Shown here one piece after another: positions 19,926 to 27,349 of a stretch of DNA of 64,000 nt; position 1 is the stretch's first letter; every line of letters begins with the position of its first letter. The position numbers and the translations under genes were made by a program. The stretch covers positions 2,231 to 66,230 of the forward strand of contig JBAZAX010000006.1 in assembly GCA_041671765.1 (NCBI GenBank), in the 5' to 3' direction. This stretch comes from Candidatus Babeliales bacterium (GTDB taxonomy: Bacteria; Babelota; Babeliae; Babelales; RVW-14). The notes below the pieces were generated by a model. The model had not been told where the DNA came from. It did no database searches and was given only the letters and a program-made list of their open reading frames with translations.

Positions 19926-21062
19926 ATGAAAAAATTTATTCACTTCCAATTAAAAAAAATCATTCTAGTTTTTATTCTCTTTTTTAACGCAAATAATGCA
20001 ATTTCAGCCGATTGCACAGGTTCTGAAATTTCTGAAATTGCATGCGCATCTCTTGGTATGATTTCCGGTTTAGCTGCAAATAATATTCAAGATCAGGATT
20101 CTTTAAAAGCATCTAAATTCCATATCATACACGACCTAATCAATCTTACTAATGACTGCATTACTATTTATAATGACGCAAACAAGACAACTAAATTTTT
20201 ATCAAAATATGGTTACAGCTATACTGTTTATCACGACACAACAAATATATTTATTTGGGAATTATTAACCCTTGATGCAACAAGTCTTTTTACCGAAGTT
20301 AAAAATTATATTAAATTAAAAAAAAAGAAAAAAGTTATGATCAACAATGATCCCGACTTAGAATTCGAATTAGAAGAAAAAACACCAACGGAACCTTCTG
20401 TACAACCGCACATTGTCAAAATGCTCAAAATAGTACTACCGCTTGCGCAGGGTGCAGCTAGAATTGCGGCAAGTCTAGACAATGATGGCGTCGAAAAACT
20501 CGATTGCTTAAAACACGAAAAATTGCAGGGAATTGCTGCAATTGCTATGCTAATTGAATTATTAACAAAAACAAAAGTCAAATCTATTCAAAATGCTATC
20601 GCAATATTAATTATTTTAAACACCATAAAAATTTATAACACTTTTGCATCATACGACGCAGAGAAAGATAACATTAGCCGCCAACAGATTTATGAAGGTC
20701 AAGAAAATTTAGCTAAACTCAGACAAACTTTGCAAGAAACTCAAAGAACGCATCGGCAAGAATCCGATCAACTTAACGCAAAATTACGACGTATGGCAAC
20801 GGAACTCTTTACATCATCCCAACAACGCACGCAACTCGATTTGCTTAAACAAAACGCCGAAGCCGAATTAAGAAATGCAAAAATTGCAGTAAAAGAAGAG
20901 CACATGGCACGAACAAGAGCAGAAAATGTCGTTAAAGAATCCGGTGAAAACAGACGCTATGATATCTTTGGTATAACCAAGGGTAAAAAAGCAACTCAGG
21001 AAGAGCTAAAAGCTGCTTACGAAGCATTATTGAGTGAAAATGCAATTCCGGTAGATGATTAA
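19926..21062 (+). CDS. Hypothetical secreted protein: helical N-domain plus Q/E/R-rich coiled coil; paralog of 23390..24694
   Basis: Leader KKIILVFILFFNANNAISA. KFHIIHDLINLTNDCITIYN...KYGYSYTVYHDTTNIF aligns by eye with KYHHILNLTVDVLRLANEVLSIIN...KYDYLWAVYDTASLI of the 23390 protein. The C-terminus is a J-domain-like helix (YDIFGITKGKKATQEELKAAYEAL) without HPD. Confidence 0.6.
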   Translation: MKKFIHFQLKKIILVFILFFNANNAISADCTGSEISEIACASLGMISGLAANNIQDQDSLKASKFHIIHDLINLTNDCITIYNDANKTTKFLSKYGYSYTVYHDTTNIFIWELLTLDATSLFTEVKNYIKLKKKKKVMINNDPDLEFELEEKTPTEPSVQPHIVKMLKIVLPLAQGAARIAASLDNDGVEKLDCLKHEKLQGIAAIAMLIELLTKTKVKSIQNAIAILIILNTIKIYNTFASYDAEKDNISRQQIYEGQENLAKLRQTLQETQRTHRQESDQLNAKLRRMATELFTSSQQRTQLDLLKQNAEAELRNAKIAVKEEHMARTRAENVVKESGENRRYDIFGITKGKKATQEELKAAYEALLSENAIPVDD

Positions 21063-22431
21063 AATGGATATTTTTCAGTACCAAAAACAACAAAACTTGG
21101 ATTCTGGGAAATCGAGTTCTCATAAACCCGAGCAACCCGAATCGCCCAGAAAGAACCCAATTCCACTGGCGGCTCGCATGCGACCAAAAACTCTCTCCAC
21201 CTACATCGGGCAAGAACATATTTTAGGTCCGGGTAAATTGTTGCGCAAAGCCATTGAAAACGACAGGTTGTTTTCTTCCATGATTTTATGCGGCCCTCCA
21301 GGTACCGGAAAAACCACTTTGGCAACAATCATTGCAAACTCTACCAAATCAAATTTTGAGATTATCAGCGCAGTATCGGCGGGCGTGGCAGAAATAAGAC
21401 AGTTGGTTGCAAATGCAAAACAAAAACTCGAGATTTATAACCAAAGAACAATTGCTCTTGTTGATGAAATTCATAGATTCAATAAATCCCAACAAGATGC
21501 ATTGTTACCACATGTTGAAAATGGAACAATAATTTTAATCGGCGCCACGACTGAAAACCCATATTTTGAAGTTATATCGGCGTTAATATCCAGATCACGC
21601 GTTTTTAATCTAAGGCCCTTAACTCAAGAGCAACTTATACAATTACTAAACCAAGCAATTAACGACAAACAAAATGGATATGGCGACAGACAGATAAAAA
21701 TTACTACTCAAGCGCTTGAACATATCGCAAATATTGCCGGAGGTGATGCACGCTCAACTCTGAACGCCTTAGAACTTGCAGTTGAAAGTGCCAACGAAGA
21801 TGAAAACGGAATCATCAACATTGATCTTGAAATTGCACAGGAAGCAATGCAACAACGTGCTGTAAGATATGACAAAAATGGTGACGGACATTACGACACC
21901 ATCAGTGCATTTATAAAATCAGTTCGCGGATCTGATCCCGATGCAGCACTGTACTGGCTGGCAAAAATGATTTACGCAGGAGAAGATCCAAAATTTATCA
22001 TGCGTCGGTTATTTATCTTGGCATCAGAGGACATTGGTCTTGCCGATCCACTTGGAATAGTAGTTGTTTCCGCTTGTGCTCAAGCTCTTGAATGGTGCGG
22101 GTTGCCAGAGGCTCAATATCACCTGGCACAAGCAACTGCTTATCTTGCAACGGCAGCAAAGAGTAACTCCATGAAAAGCTATTTTGATGCTTTAAATACT
22201 GTGCAAAAAGAGGGAAAAATACAAGTCCCAACACATCTCCAAGATTCAAGCAGAGATGGGAAAAGAGAGGGGCATGGGCAAGGATACAAGTATCCGCACG
22301 ATTTTCCTGGTCACTGGGTCGAACAACAGTATTTGCCCGAAAGCTTACAAGGTAAAAAGTTTTATAACCCAAGCGATCAAGGGTATGAGAAAAAAATTGT
22401 TGAGAGGTTAAAAAAACTTGGTCAAGAATAA
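21055..22431 (+). CDS. rarA: Replication-associated recombination protein A (AAA+ ATPase RarA/MgsA)
   Basis: LAARMRPKTLSTYIGQEHILG, Walker A GPPGTGKTTLA, Walker B/sensor VDEIHRFNKSQQDALLP and the MgsA C-terminal AQYHLAQATAYLA. Start is either ATG 21055 or ATG 21064. Confidence 0.9.
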   Translation: MIKMDIFQYQKQQNLDSGKSSSHKPEQPESPRKNPIPLAARMRPKTLSTYIGQEHILGPGKLLRKAIENDRLFSSMILCGPPGTGKTTLATIIANSTKSNFEIISAVSAGVAEIRQLVANAKQKLEIYNQRTIALVDEIHRFNKSQQDALLPHVENGTIILIGATTENPYFEVISALISRSRVFNLRPLTQEQLIQLLNQAINDKQNGYGDRQIKITTQALEHIANIAGGDARSTLNALELAVESANEDENGIINIDLEIAQEAMQQRAVRYDKNGDGHYDTISAFIKSVRGSDPDAALYWLAKMIYAGEDPKFIMRRLFILASEDIGLADPLGIVVVSACAQALEWCGLPEAQYHLAQATAYLATAAKSNSMKSYFDALNTVQKEGKIQVPTHLQDSSRDGKREGHGQGYKYPHDFPGHWVEQQYLPESLQGKKFYNPSDQGYEKKIVERLKKLGQE

Positions 22432-22475
22432 TATCATTCTGGCAGAACAACTCGATTGAAACGCTTCTAATTAAC

Positions 22476-23162
22476 TTATTGGGCTTCACGTTCAAATCGT
22501 TTAAAGCGATAAAATTTTTCCTTAGCACATTCATCCGAGCTCTCGCCGCAATCTGCATCATCTGCACCCTGGATTATTTTTTCGCCAATATATTCATTAA
22601 TTCCATTTACAATAAGCTTCCCACAGAAACGACCTAAAAAAACCGCTATCAACTCACCTTCTCTTAAATATTGATTATTATAGGAATTGGAATTTGAAAA
22701 GAAAAAACTATCTATAAAAGCGAATATAGCAGCTCTAAAAACTCTTCTCTTAGTTCTATGTTTTTGTTCAGGATATGTCTTCATAATAATGACATGTAGA
22801 ATGCTTACCAAAATATTACGTAATATCAGGTATTTAGGATGTGATATCCCAACCGTTCTGGAAAATTCAGGATTAGCACACAATTTTAATATTATAATTA
22901 AAGCTTTAATACATGATATATATGAATTATCAGCTTCTAATGCACAGCTAACCCATCCCTTTACTAATGTTGCAGGGTATGGTATCTGTAAAAGTTCCAC
23001 CGAAGGTTTATTGCTTAATATAAATGGCAAAGATAATACTGTTTCAACAATAGCAACGTTGGTTTTAAAGGTTTCCAAATCTTTTCTAGCATAGGCTTTT
23101 ACAGAAAAATTTAATGTCAAAAAAAGAACTAATAATGTACAAAATCGCGAGCACTTTTTCAT
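22476..23162 (-). CDS. Hypothetical secreted protein
   Basis: The ORF track starts at a TTG at 23168. ATG at 23162 gives MKKCSRFCTLLVLFLTLNFSVKAYA, a canonical signal peptide. No family recognised. An antisense ORF 22687..23094 also exists. Confidence 0.5.
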   Translation of the reverse strand: MKKCSRFCTLLVLFLTLNFSVKAYARKDLETFKTNVAIVETVLSLPFILSNKPSVELLQIPYPATLVKGWVSCALEADNSYISCIKALIIILKLCANPEFSRTVGISHPKYLILRNILVSILHVIIMKTYPEQKHRTKRRVFRAAIFAFIDSFFFSNSNSYNNQYLREGELIAVFLGRFCGKLIVNGINEYIGEKIIQGADDADCGESSDECAKEKFYRFKRFEREAQ

Positions 23163-23271
23163 ATTCAAATCAAGCCTTTTTAATTTATTTGACTAATGAA
23201 TTTTGCAAATTGAATGCTCAATTATTGCATAGCAATTTTAAAATGCAATGGTCGAAAATTATTAATTCATA

Positions 23272-23405
23272 AAAAAGCCCCAGCACTTTTTACCTACTGG
23301 CACACAAACAACTACATTTATTGCTTTAATTATTTTCAAATCTTGTTATCATTCATCAAAGCAATTTTATTTAATTCAAAAGGATTTTCATGCTTAAAAA
23401 AATAG
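23272..23405 (+). repeat. Copy A of a ~130-bp conserved 5' module (upstream region, SD and first 5 codons)
   Basis: aaaaagcccc..cacacaaacaactacatttattgctttaattattttcaaatcttgttatcattcatcaaagcaattttatttaattcaaaaggattttcATGcttaaaaaaata aligns at roughly 85 percent identity by eye with 25875-26010. Confidence 0.8.
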
Positions 23406-24694
23406 TTGTGCTGATTCTTTTTTTCAGCACAGGTACAAATTCTAATAATTTATTTTCTGAAGTTAACCTGAATAATGTTGAATCAATAGTTGCACTTTTA
23501 AGAGTTCCAACAATTGTAATTAAAAACAATTTAGACTCCAAATCCAGTAAAAAATATCACCATATATTGAATTTAACAGTAGATGTACTTCGACTTGCAA
23601 ATGAGGTGCTTTCTATAATTAATAAAAATGGAGAATCAGAATTTCATAAATACGATTATCTCTGGGCTGTCTATGATACAGCAAGTTTAATTTCACACAT
23701 TGCTGATCTGTTTGACAAATCTGAAGATATAATTCAAAACCCAAAAGATATACAAAAGCTAGAGGGATTACTAAGAGATTTTCATACAAAAATGATTCCA
23801 ATAATCGAAGGACTAACTGCATTTTTTGCTTCACTTAAAGAAGGTAACACAATTGAAGATGTAGATTTTAGATTAAAGTGTAAAGCACTGAATTCTGCTA
23901 TTCGTCTATTTGATAATATAATTATCAGTAAAAATAATAGTACAGAACAAATATTATACGCAGCATCATTAGTAATAAGCATTATTTTTTCAATCAAAGA
24001 TCTTTATGAAATTAGTAAAATAAAAGATATACGTTTTAAAGAAGAGACTGCTCGAATACAGGCAGAAGAAGCGCGACAGAAAAAAATACTAGAGGAAGAA
24101 CAAATGTGCAAACAAGCAGAAGAAACACGGTTGCAAAAAGTTAGAGCTGAAGAGTTTGCACGTAAACAAGTGGAGGAGTCTCGTCAAAGAAAAGTTAGGG
24201 AAGAAGAACAGGCACTAAGGCAAAAAGAAGAGGCTAGATTGCAAAAAATTCGAGATGAAGAGAATGAACGTATGCGAAGAAGAATGCTGGATGAACCGCA
24301 GCACAAAAGCACTACACAACGCCAGCAAGCAGGTAACCCTGTCATATTTTCTGAGGAAAGTTTAAGAGGCCTGCACATAGTTAAAAATCCTAGAGAGCGT
24401 CTTGATGCTATAAATGTCGAAATAAGGGTTACGGAAGAAGAAATACTGCGAAAATCCATTATGGATAGGTTTAAACACCCTTTTAGTGCAATGCAATCAT
24501 CCCCGCTAGATAAATATTTTCCTCGAGATTCGTTTTTTGGAGAAATTCGTGCCGAGCAGGCAGAAATAAATAGAATTAGAGAAATAGCCAGATACGAATC
24601 CGAACAAATGTCAGAAACAAATCGCTTGCAAATGAAATTGGCAGGGCTGAAGGAACAGGCTCAAGCTCTCCAATCACATGGATTTTTTTGGTAA
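23390..24694 (+). CDS. Hypothetical secreted protein: helical N-domain plus E/R/K/Q coiled-coil repeats
   Basis: Leader MLKKIVVLILFFSTGTNS. Imperfect repeats EEARQKKILEEEQ / AEETRLQKVRAEE / VEESRQRKVREEEQ / KEEARLQKIRDEE. The N-domain is paralogous to 19926..21062. Confidence 0.6.
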   Translation: MLKKIVVLILFFSTGTNSNNLFSEVNLNNVESIVALLRVPTIVIKNNLDSKSSKKYHHILNLTVDVLRLANEVLSIINKNGESEFHKYDYLWAVYDTASLISHIADLFDKSEDIIQNPKDIQKLEGLLRDFHTKMIPIIEGLTAFFASLKEGNTIEDVDFRLKCKALNSAIRLFDNIIISKNNSTEQILYAASLVISIIFSIKDLYEISKIKDIRFKEETARIQAEEARQKKILEEEQMCKQAEETRLQKVRAEEFARKQVEESRQRKVREEEQALRQKEEARLQKIRDEENERMRRRMLDEPQHKSTTQRQQAGNPVIFSEESLRGLHIVKNPRERLDAINVEIRVTEEEILRKSIMDRFKHPFSAMQSSPLDKYFPRDSFFGEIRAEQAEINRIREIARYESEQMSETNRLQMKLAGLKEQAQALQSHGFFW

Positions 24695-24764
24695 ACATTT
24701 TTATTCTGAATGAATTTATCCATTGAGCTATTGTTATCTTAATTTTAGAACTATCGAGTTAGTG

Positions 24765-25805
24765 TTAAAATATAAAATTGATACGCATAGGATCTACAAC
24801 ATTAATGGGTTTTCTACAAAATGGACACGTGTTTCCATTAAGACAATCACTGTTATGCCATTCGACCATGCATTTGATACATAGCTTATGATTACAACCT
24901 GGCCATGGTACAAGAAATTTTTTATTCAGGCATATTGGACAATCTTCAAAGCATTTCGGATTATTTGCTATATGTTCCATTAAATACAAGGTAAATAAGT
25001 AATCAGGATACTTATTTTTAAGAATATAAATTGCGCTTTGTCCATAGCTATTCTGGATTGTTGGGTCTGCACCATAACTTAACAATAATTGGATAAGATT
25101 TGATCTAATTGGATAAAAGACAGAAATTAAAGGTGTGCATTTATTTTTGTCTTGCATATTAGGATTTGCGCCATTTTCAAGTAGCAGGCGTGTAATGTGA
25201 TAATTACCAGAATAAACTGCTGAATATAGAGCGGTGTCACCGTTTTCATCGGCTGCATTAACATCAGCGCCTTTTATTATTAACGCCTCCGTTGCTCCTG
25301 AATTTTGAATTGATACGGCAGTCTTCAATAGATATTCTGAAGATGTCTCTGAAGAGCGTTTGATAATACAAGCATTAGGATTTGCTCCTGCTTCAATAAT
25401 AGCTGTGAAATAAAGACAATCTTTTTTGGTTTGTGTTTGAATTTCGTTTAAAAGAAATATATCAATAGGTCGATTATCTTTTGAATATTTTCGCTTAAAG
25501 CTACGAGATGACGTAGTCGATAAATAACCTAACCCATCTGAAAATCCGACGGTAACTTCAGCTCTATGTTGGAGTACATGTTTTGATTCACTTCCCAAAT
25601 CTGCTTCGTCATCCGATGGATCAAAATCATCATCGCTGTAATAAAAGTCTGTCCAACGTTGCTGTATTTCACGTTGTATTTGTCTTTGGGTAACTTGGGT
25701 GTCTGTAGATTCAGAATGCTCATCGGATTCTTGCATTGCAAAAAGATCAAAATTTAACAAAGCAAACAAAATTAAAATTTTAAACGTGTAAAACTTCTGA
25801 TTCAT
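24765..25805 (-). CDS. Ankyrin-repeat protein with C-terminal RING-HC (C3HC4) finger: eukaryote-like E3 ubiquitin ligase candidate
   Basis: Ankyrin repeats (GADVNAADENGDTALYSAVYSGNYHITRLLLENGANPNMQDKNKCTPL). RING CPICLNKKFLVPWPGCNHKLCIKCMVEWHNSDCLNGNTCPFCRKPI. Leader MNQKFYTFKILILFALLNFDLFA followed by Met24. Confidence 0.8.
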   Translation of the reverse strand: MNQKFYTFKILILFALLNFDLFAMQESDEHSESTDTQVTQRQIQREIQQRWTDFYYSDDDFDPSDDEADLGSESKHVLQHRAEVTVGFSDGLGYLSTTSSRSFKRKYSKDNRPIDIFLLNEIQTQTKKDCLYFTAIIEAGANPNACIIKRSSETSSEYLLKTAVSIQNSGATEALIIKGADVNAADENGDTALYSAVYSGNYHITRLLLENGANPNMQDKNKCTPLISVFYPIRSNLIQLLLSYGADPTIQNSYGQSAIYILKNKYPDYLFTLYLMEHIANNPKCFEDCPICLNKKFLVPWPGCNHKLCIKCMVEWHNSDCLNGNTCPFCRKPINVVDPMRINFIF

Positions 25806-25874
25806 AACAATATATCCTTAATCATGAAAAAACAACACGTACTTTATAGCGTAAATACAGGGCAAAGTCAATTT

Positions 25875-26010
25875 TAAAAAGCCCATAGTTTTTAACTTGC
25901 TGACACACAAAATAACTAAATTTATTGCTTTAATCATTCTAATTTCTTGCTATCCTTCATCAATGCAATTTCATTTAATTCAAAAGGATTTTTATGTTAA
26001 AAAAAATATA
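25875..26010 (+). repeat. Copy B of the ~130-bp conserved 5' module
   Basis: See copy A. It ends with aattcaaaaggatttttATGttaaaaaaaata. Confidence 0.8.
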
Positions 26011-26719
26011 TTTTTTTTCGATTTTAATAACAATTTCAACAACATGTCTTGTAAGCAATTTATCTGCAACGCAGAATCCAGCAGAACAAAAAACAGAAGC
26101 ATTAACACCAAAAACAGAAGACGCTTTTATTAAAGAGTTTGTGGATAAAATGAAAAGTGACAAAATAAATTATGATGGAAAAACTTTAACTTTATATGCC
26201 TCTTCAAATTTATATGAATATATTGTTGCCATTTTTGATTTAGTGATTTTTACATCGCTTCTAGGTAAGAGTCTAGATAACAATGATAAAGATATCCGCT
26301 TGGTTTGTGGCTCTATATTTCTGATATTCGATTTGATCGGGATATTCCTTTTATACCAAAATTTACACTATGATCGAAGTAAGGTTCCTTTCTTAATAAT
26401 GAATGATAATGAAATTAAATTTTGGGATGGGAAAAGTATAAAATGGGAATATGTTGATAAAGTTTTATACAAAAATATTTTTGAATCAAATGGACAGTAT
26501 CTTTCAAGTTACTATGTATTCGAATTATGTGACAAATTTTTAAATGTATTATTTAAGATATGTGATAGAAGGAAGAATTCGCCAATTTCTCCAAATAATT
26601 TATCTGTAATTTTGGAGCACTACCTCGATAAAAATAAAACAACATTAAAAAGTGAAATTGAAAAACTTACTCGTGAGGCAATAAAAAAGTATTCTTCTGA
26701 GGCTGCAAAATCTGCATAA
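25994..26719 (+). CDS. Hypothetical membrane protein (leader plus two central TM helices; possibly bacterial PH-like C-domain)
   Basis: ORF track. MLKKIYFFSILITISTTCLVSNLSA leader. Hydrophobic pair YIVAIFDLVIFTSLLG / CGSIFLIFDLIGIFLLY. No firm family. Confidence 0.55.
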   Translation: MLKKIYFFSILITISTTCLVSNLSATQNPAEQKTEALTPKTEDAFIKEFVDKMKSDKINYDGKTLTLYASSNLYEYIVAIFDLVIFTSLLGKSLDNNDKDIRLVCGSIFLIFDLIGIFLLYQNLHYDRSKVPFLIMNDNEIKFWDGKSIKWEYVDKVLYKNIFESNGQYLSSYYVFELCDKFLNVLFKICDRRKNSPISPNNLSVILEHYLDKNKTTLKSEIEKLTREAIKKYSSEAAKSA

Positions 26720-26731
26720 GCTTATTGATAA

Positions 26732-26771
26732 ATTAGTAGCCCTAGCATGTAAAAGTGCCAGGGTTACTAAT
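26732..26771. terminator. Imperfect ~16-bp hairpin between convergent genes
   Basis: attagtagccctagca / tgccagggttactaat, with one wobble and one mismatch. It lies between 25994..26719 (+) and 26788..27333 (-). Confidence 0.35.
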
Positions 26772-26787
26772 TTAAATTACGTAAAGA

Positions 26788-27333
26788 TTACTTATCGCAT
26801 ATGTTAAACAAATCCATAAATAATAAATGTTCAACGGTAACATTTGGACCAAAAATTGTTACACCACCTGGCATTTTAAATCCTTCTACGGTTTCGTGCA
26901 TATCAGCATATCCAATTTCATAATATCCATTTTTAATCAAAACTGATGAAATTTTTTCATGTAAAGCAAATTGTTTTTTAGTATATGCTTGATTATCGGC
27001 ATCGCGAAGAACCGGCGACATTCTATCTTCATCCATATTTTTAACTGAGTACTCATGTTGAATATAAAATAATGAAGCGACTTTTGAAATATGAAGTTTT
27101 GTTTCATATGAAATTTCAAATTCGCCTTTTTTATAATCGTCAAAATGAATGTACCAAATTTTAGATGGGTTATCTGGATAATCTTGTATTTCTTCTAATT
27201 TAAATTCTTGTTTATCGATATATTCCCTTATTTTATCAAACAGTTGTATTTGCTTACTACAACATATCTTGAAAGCACTATAATCATTTTTTTTATAAAA
27301 TTTGTCTATTGCATTGAAAACAATATCTATCAT
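26788..27333 (-). CDS. Hypothetical 181-aa cytoplasmic protein; positional candidate for the immunity protein of the upstream rRNase toxin
   Basis: Starts 16 nt downstream of the toxin stop on the same strand. No signal peptide. No similarity that I can recognise to colicin E3 immunity (about 85 aa) or other immunity families. Function is inferred from position only. Confidence 0.45.
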   Translation of the reverse strand: MIDIVFNAIDKFYKKNDYSAFKICCSKQIQLFDKIREYIDKQEFKLEEIQDYPDNPSKIWYIHFDDYKKGEFEISYETKLHISKVASLFYIQHEYSVKNMDEDRMSPVLRDADNQAYTKKQFALHEKISSVLIKNGYYEIGYADMHETVEGFKMPGGVTIFGPNVTVEHLLFMDLFNICDK

Positions 27334-27349
27334 TATTATTAAACCTTTC

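Noticed and set aside
20950-21062. J-domain-like sequence YDIFGITKGKKATQEELKAAYEALLSEN at the C-terminus of 19926..21062
   Set aside because: It resembles J-domain helices I-II, but the ORF stops before any HPD tripeptide, and no HPD appears in the downstream frames (that region is rarA). I do not call a functional DnaJ domain. It could be a truncated relic.
22013-22567. 184-aa minus-strand ORF and other antisense ORFs (21059..21328, 20932..21219) over rarA
   Set aside because: The plus-strand frame carries complete RarA/MgsA AAA+ motifs. The antisense products have no motifs.
22687-23094. 135-aa plus-strand ORF antisense to 22476..23162
   Set aside because: The minus-strand ORF is longer and starts with a textbook signal peptide. 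This call remains less certain than the others because neither product has a recognisable family.
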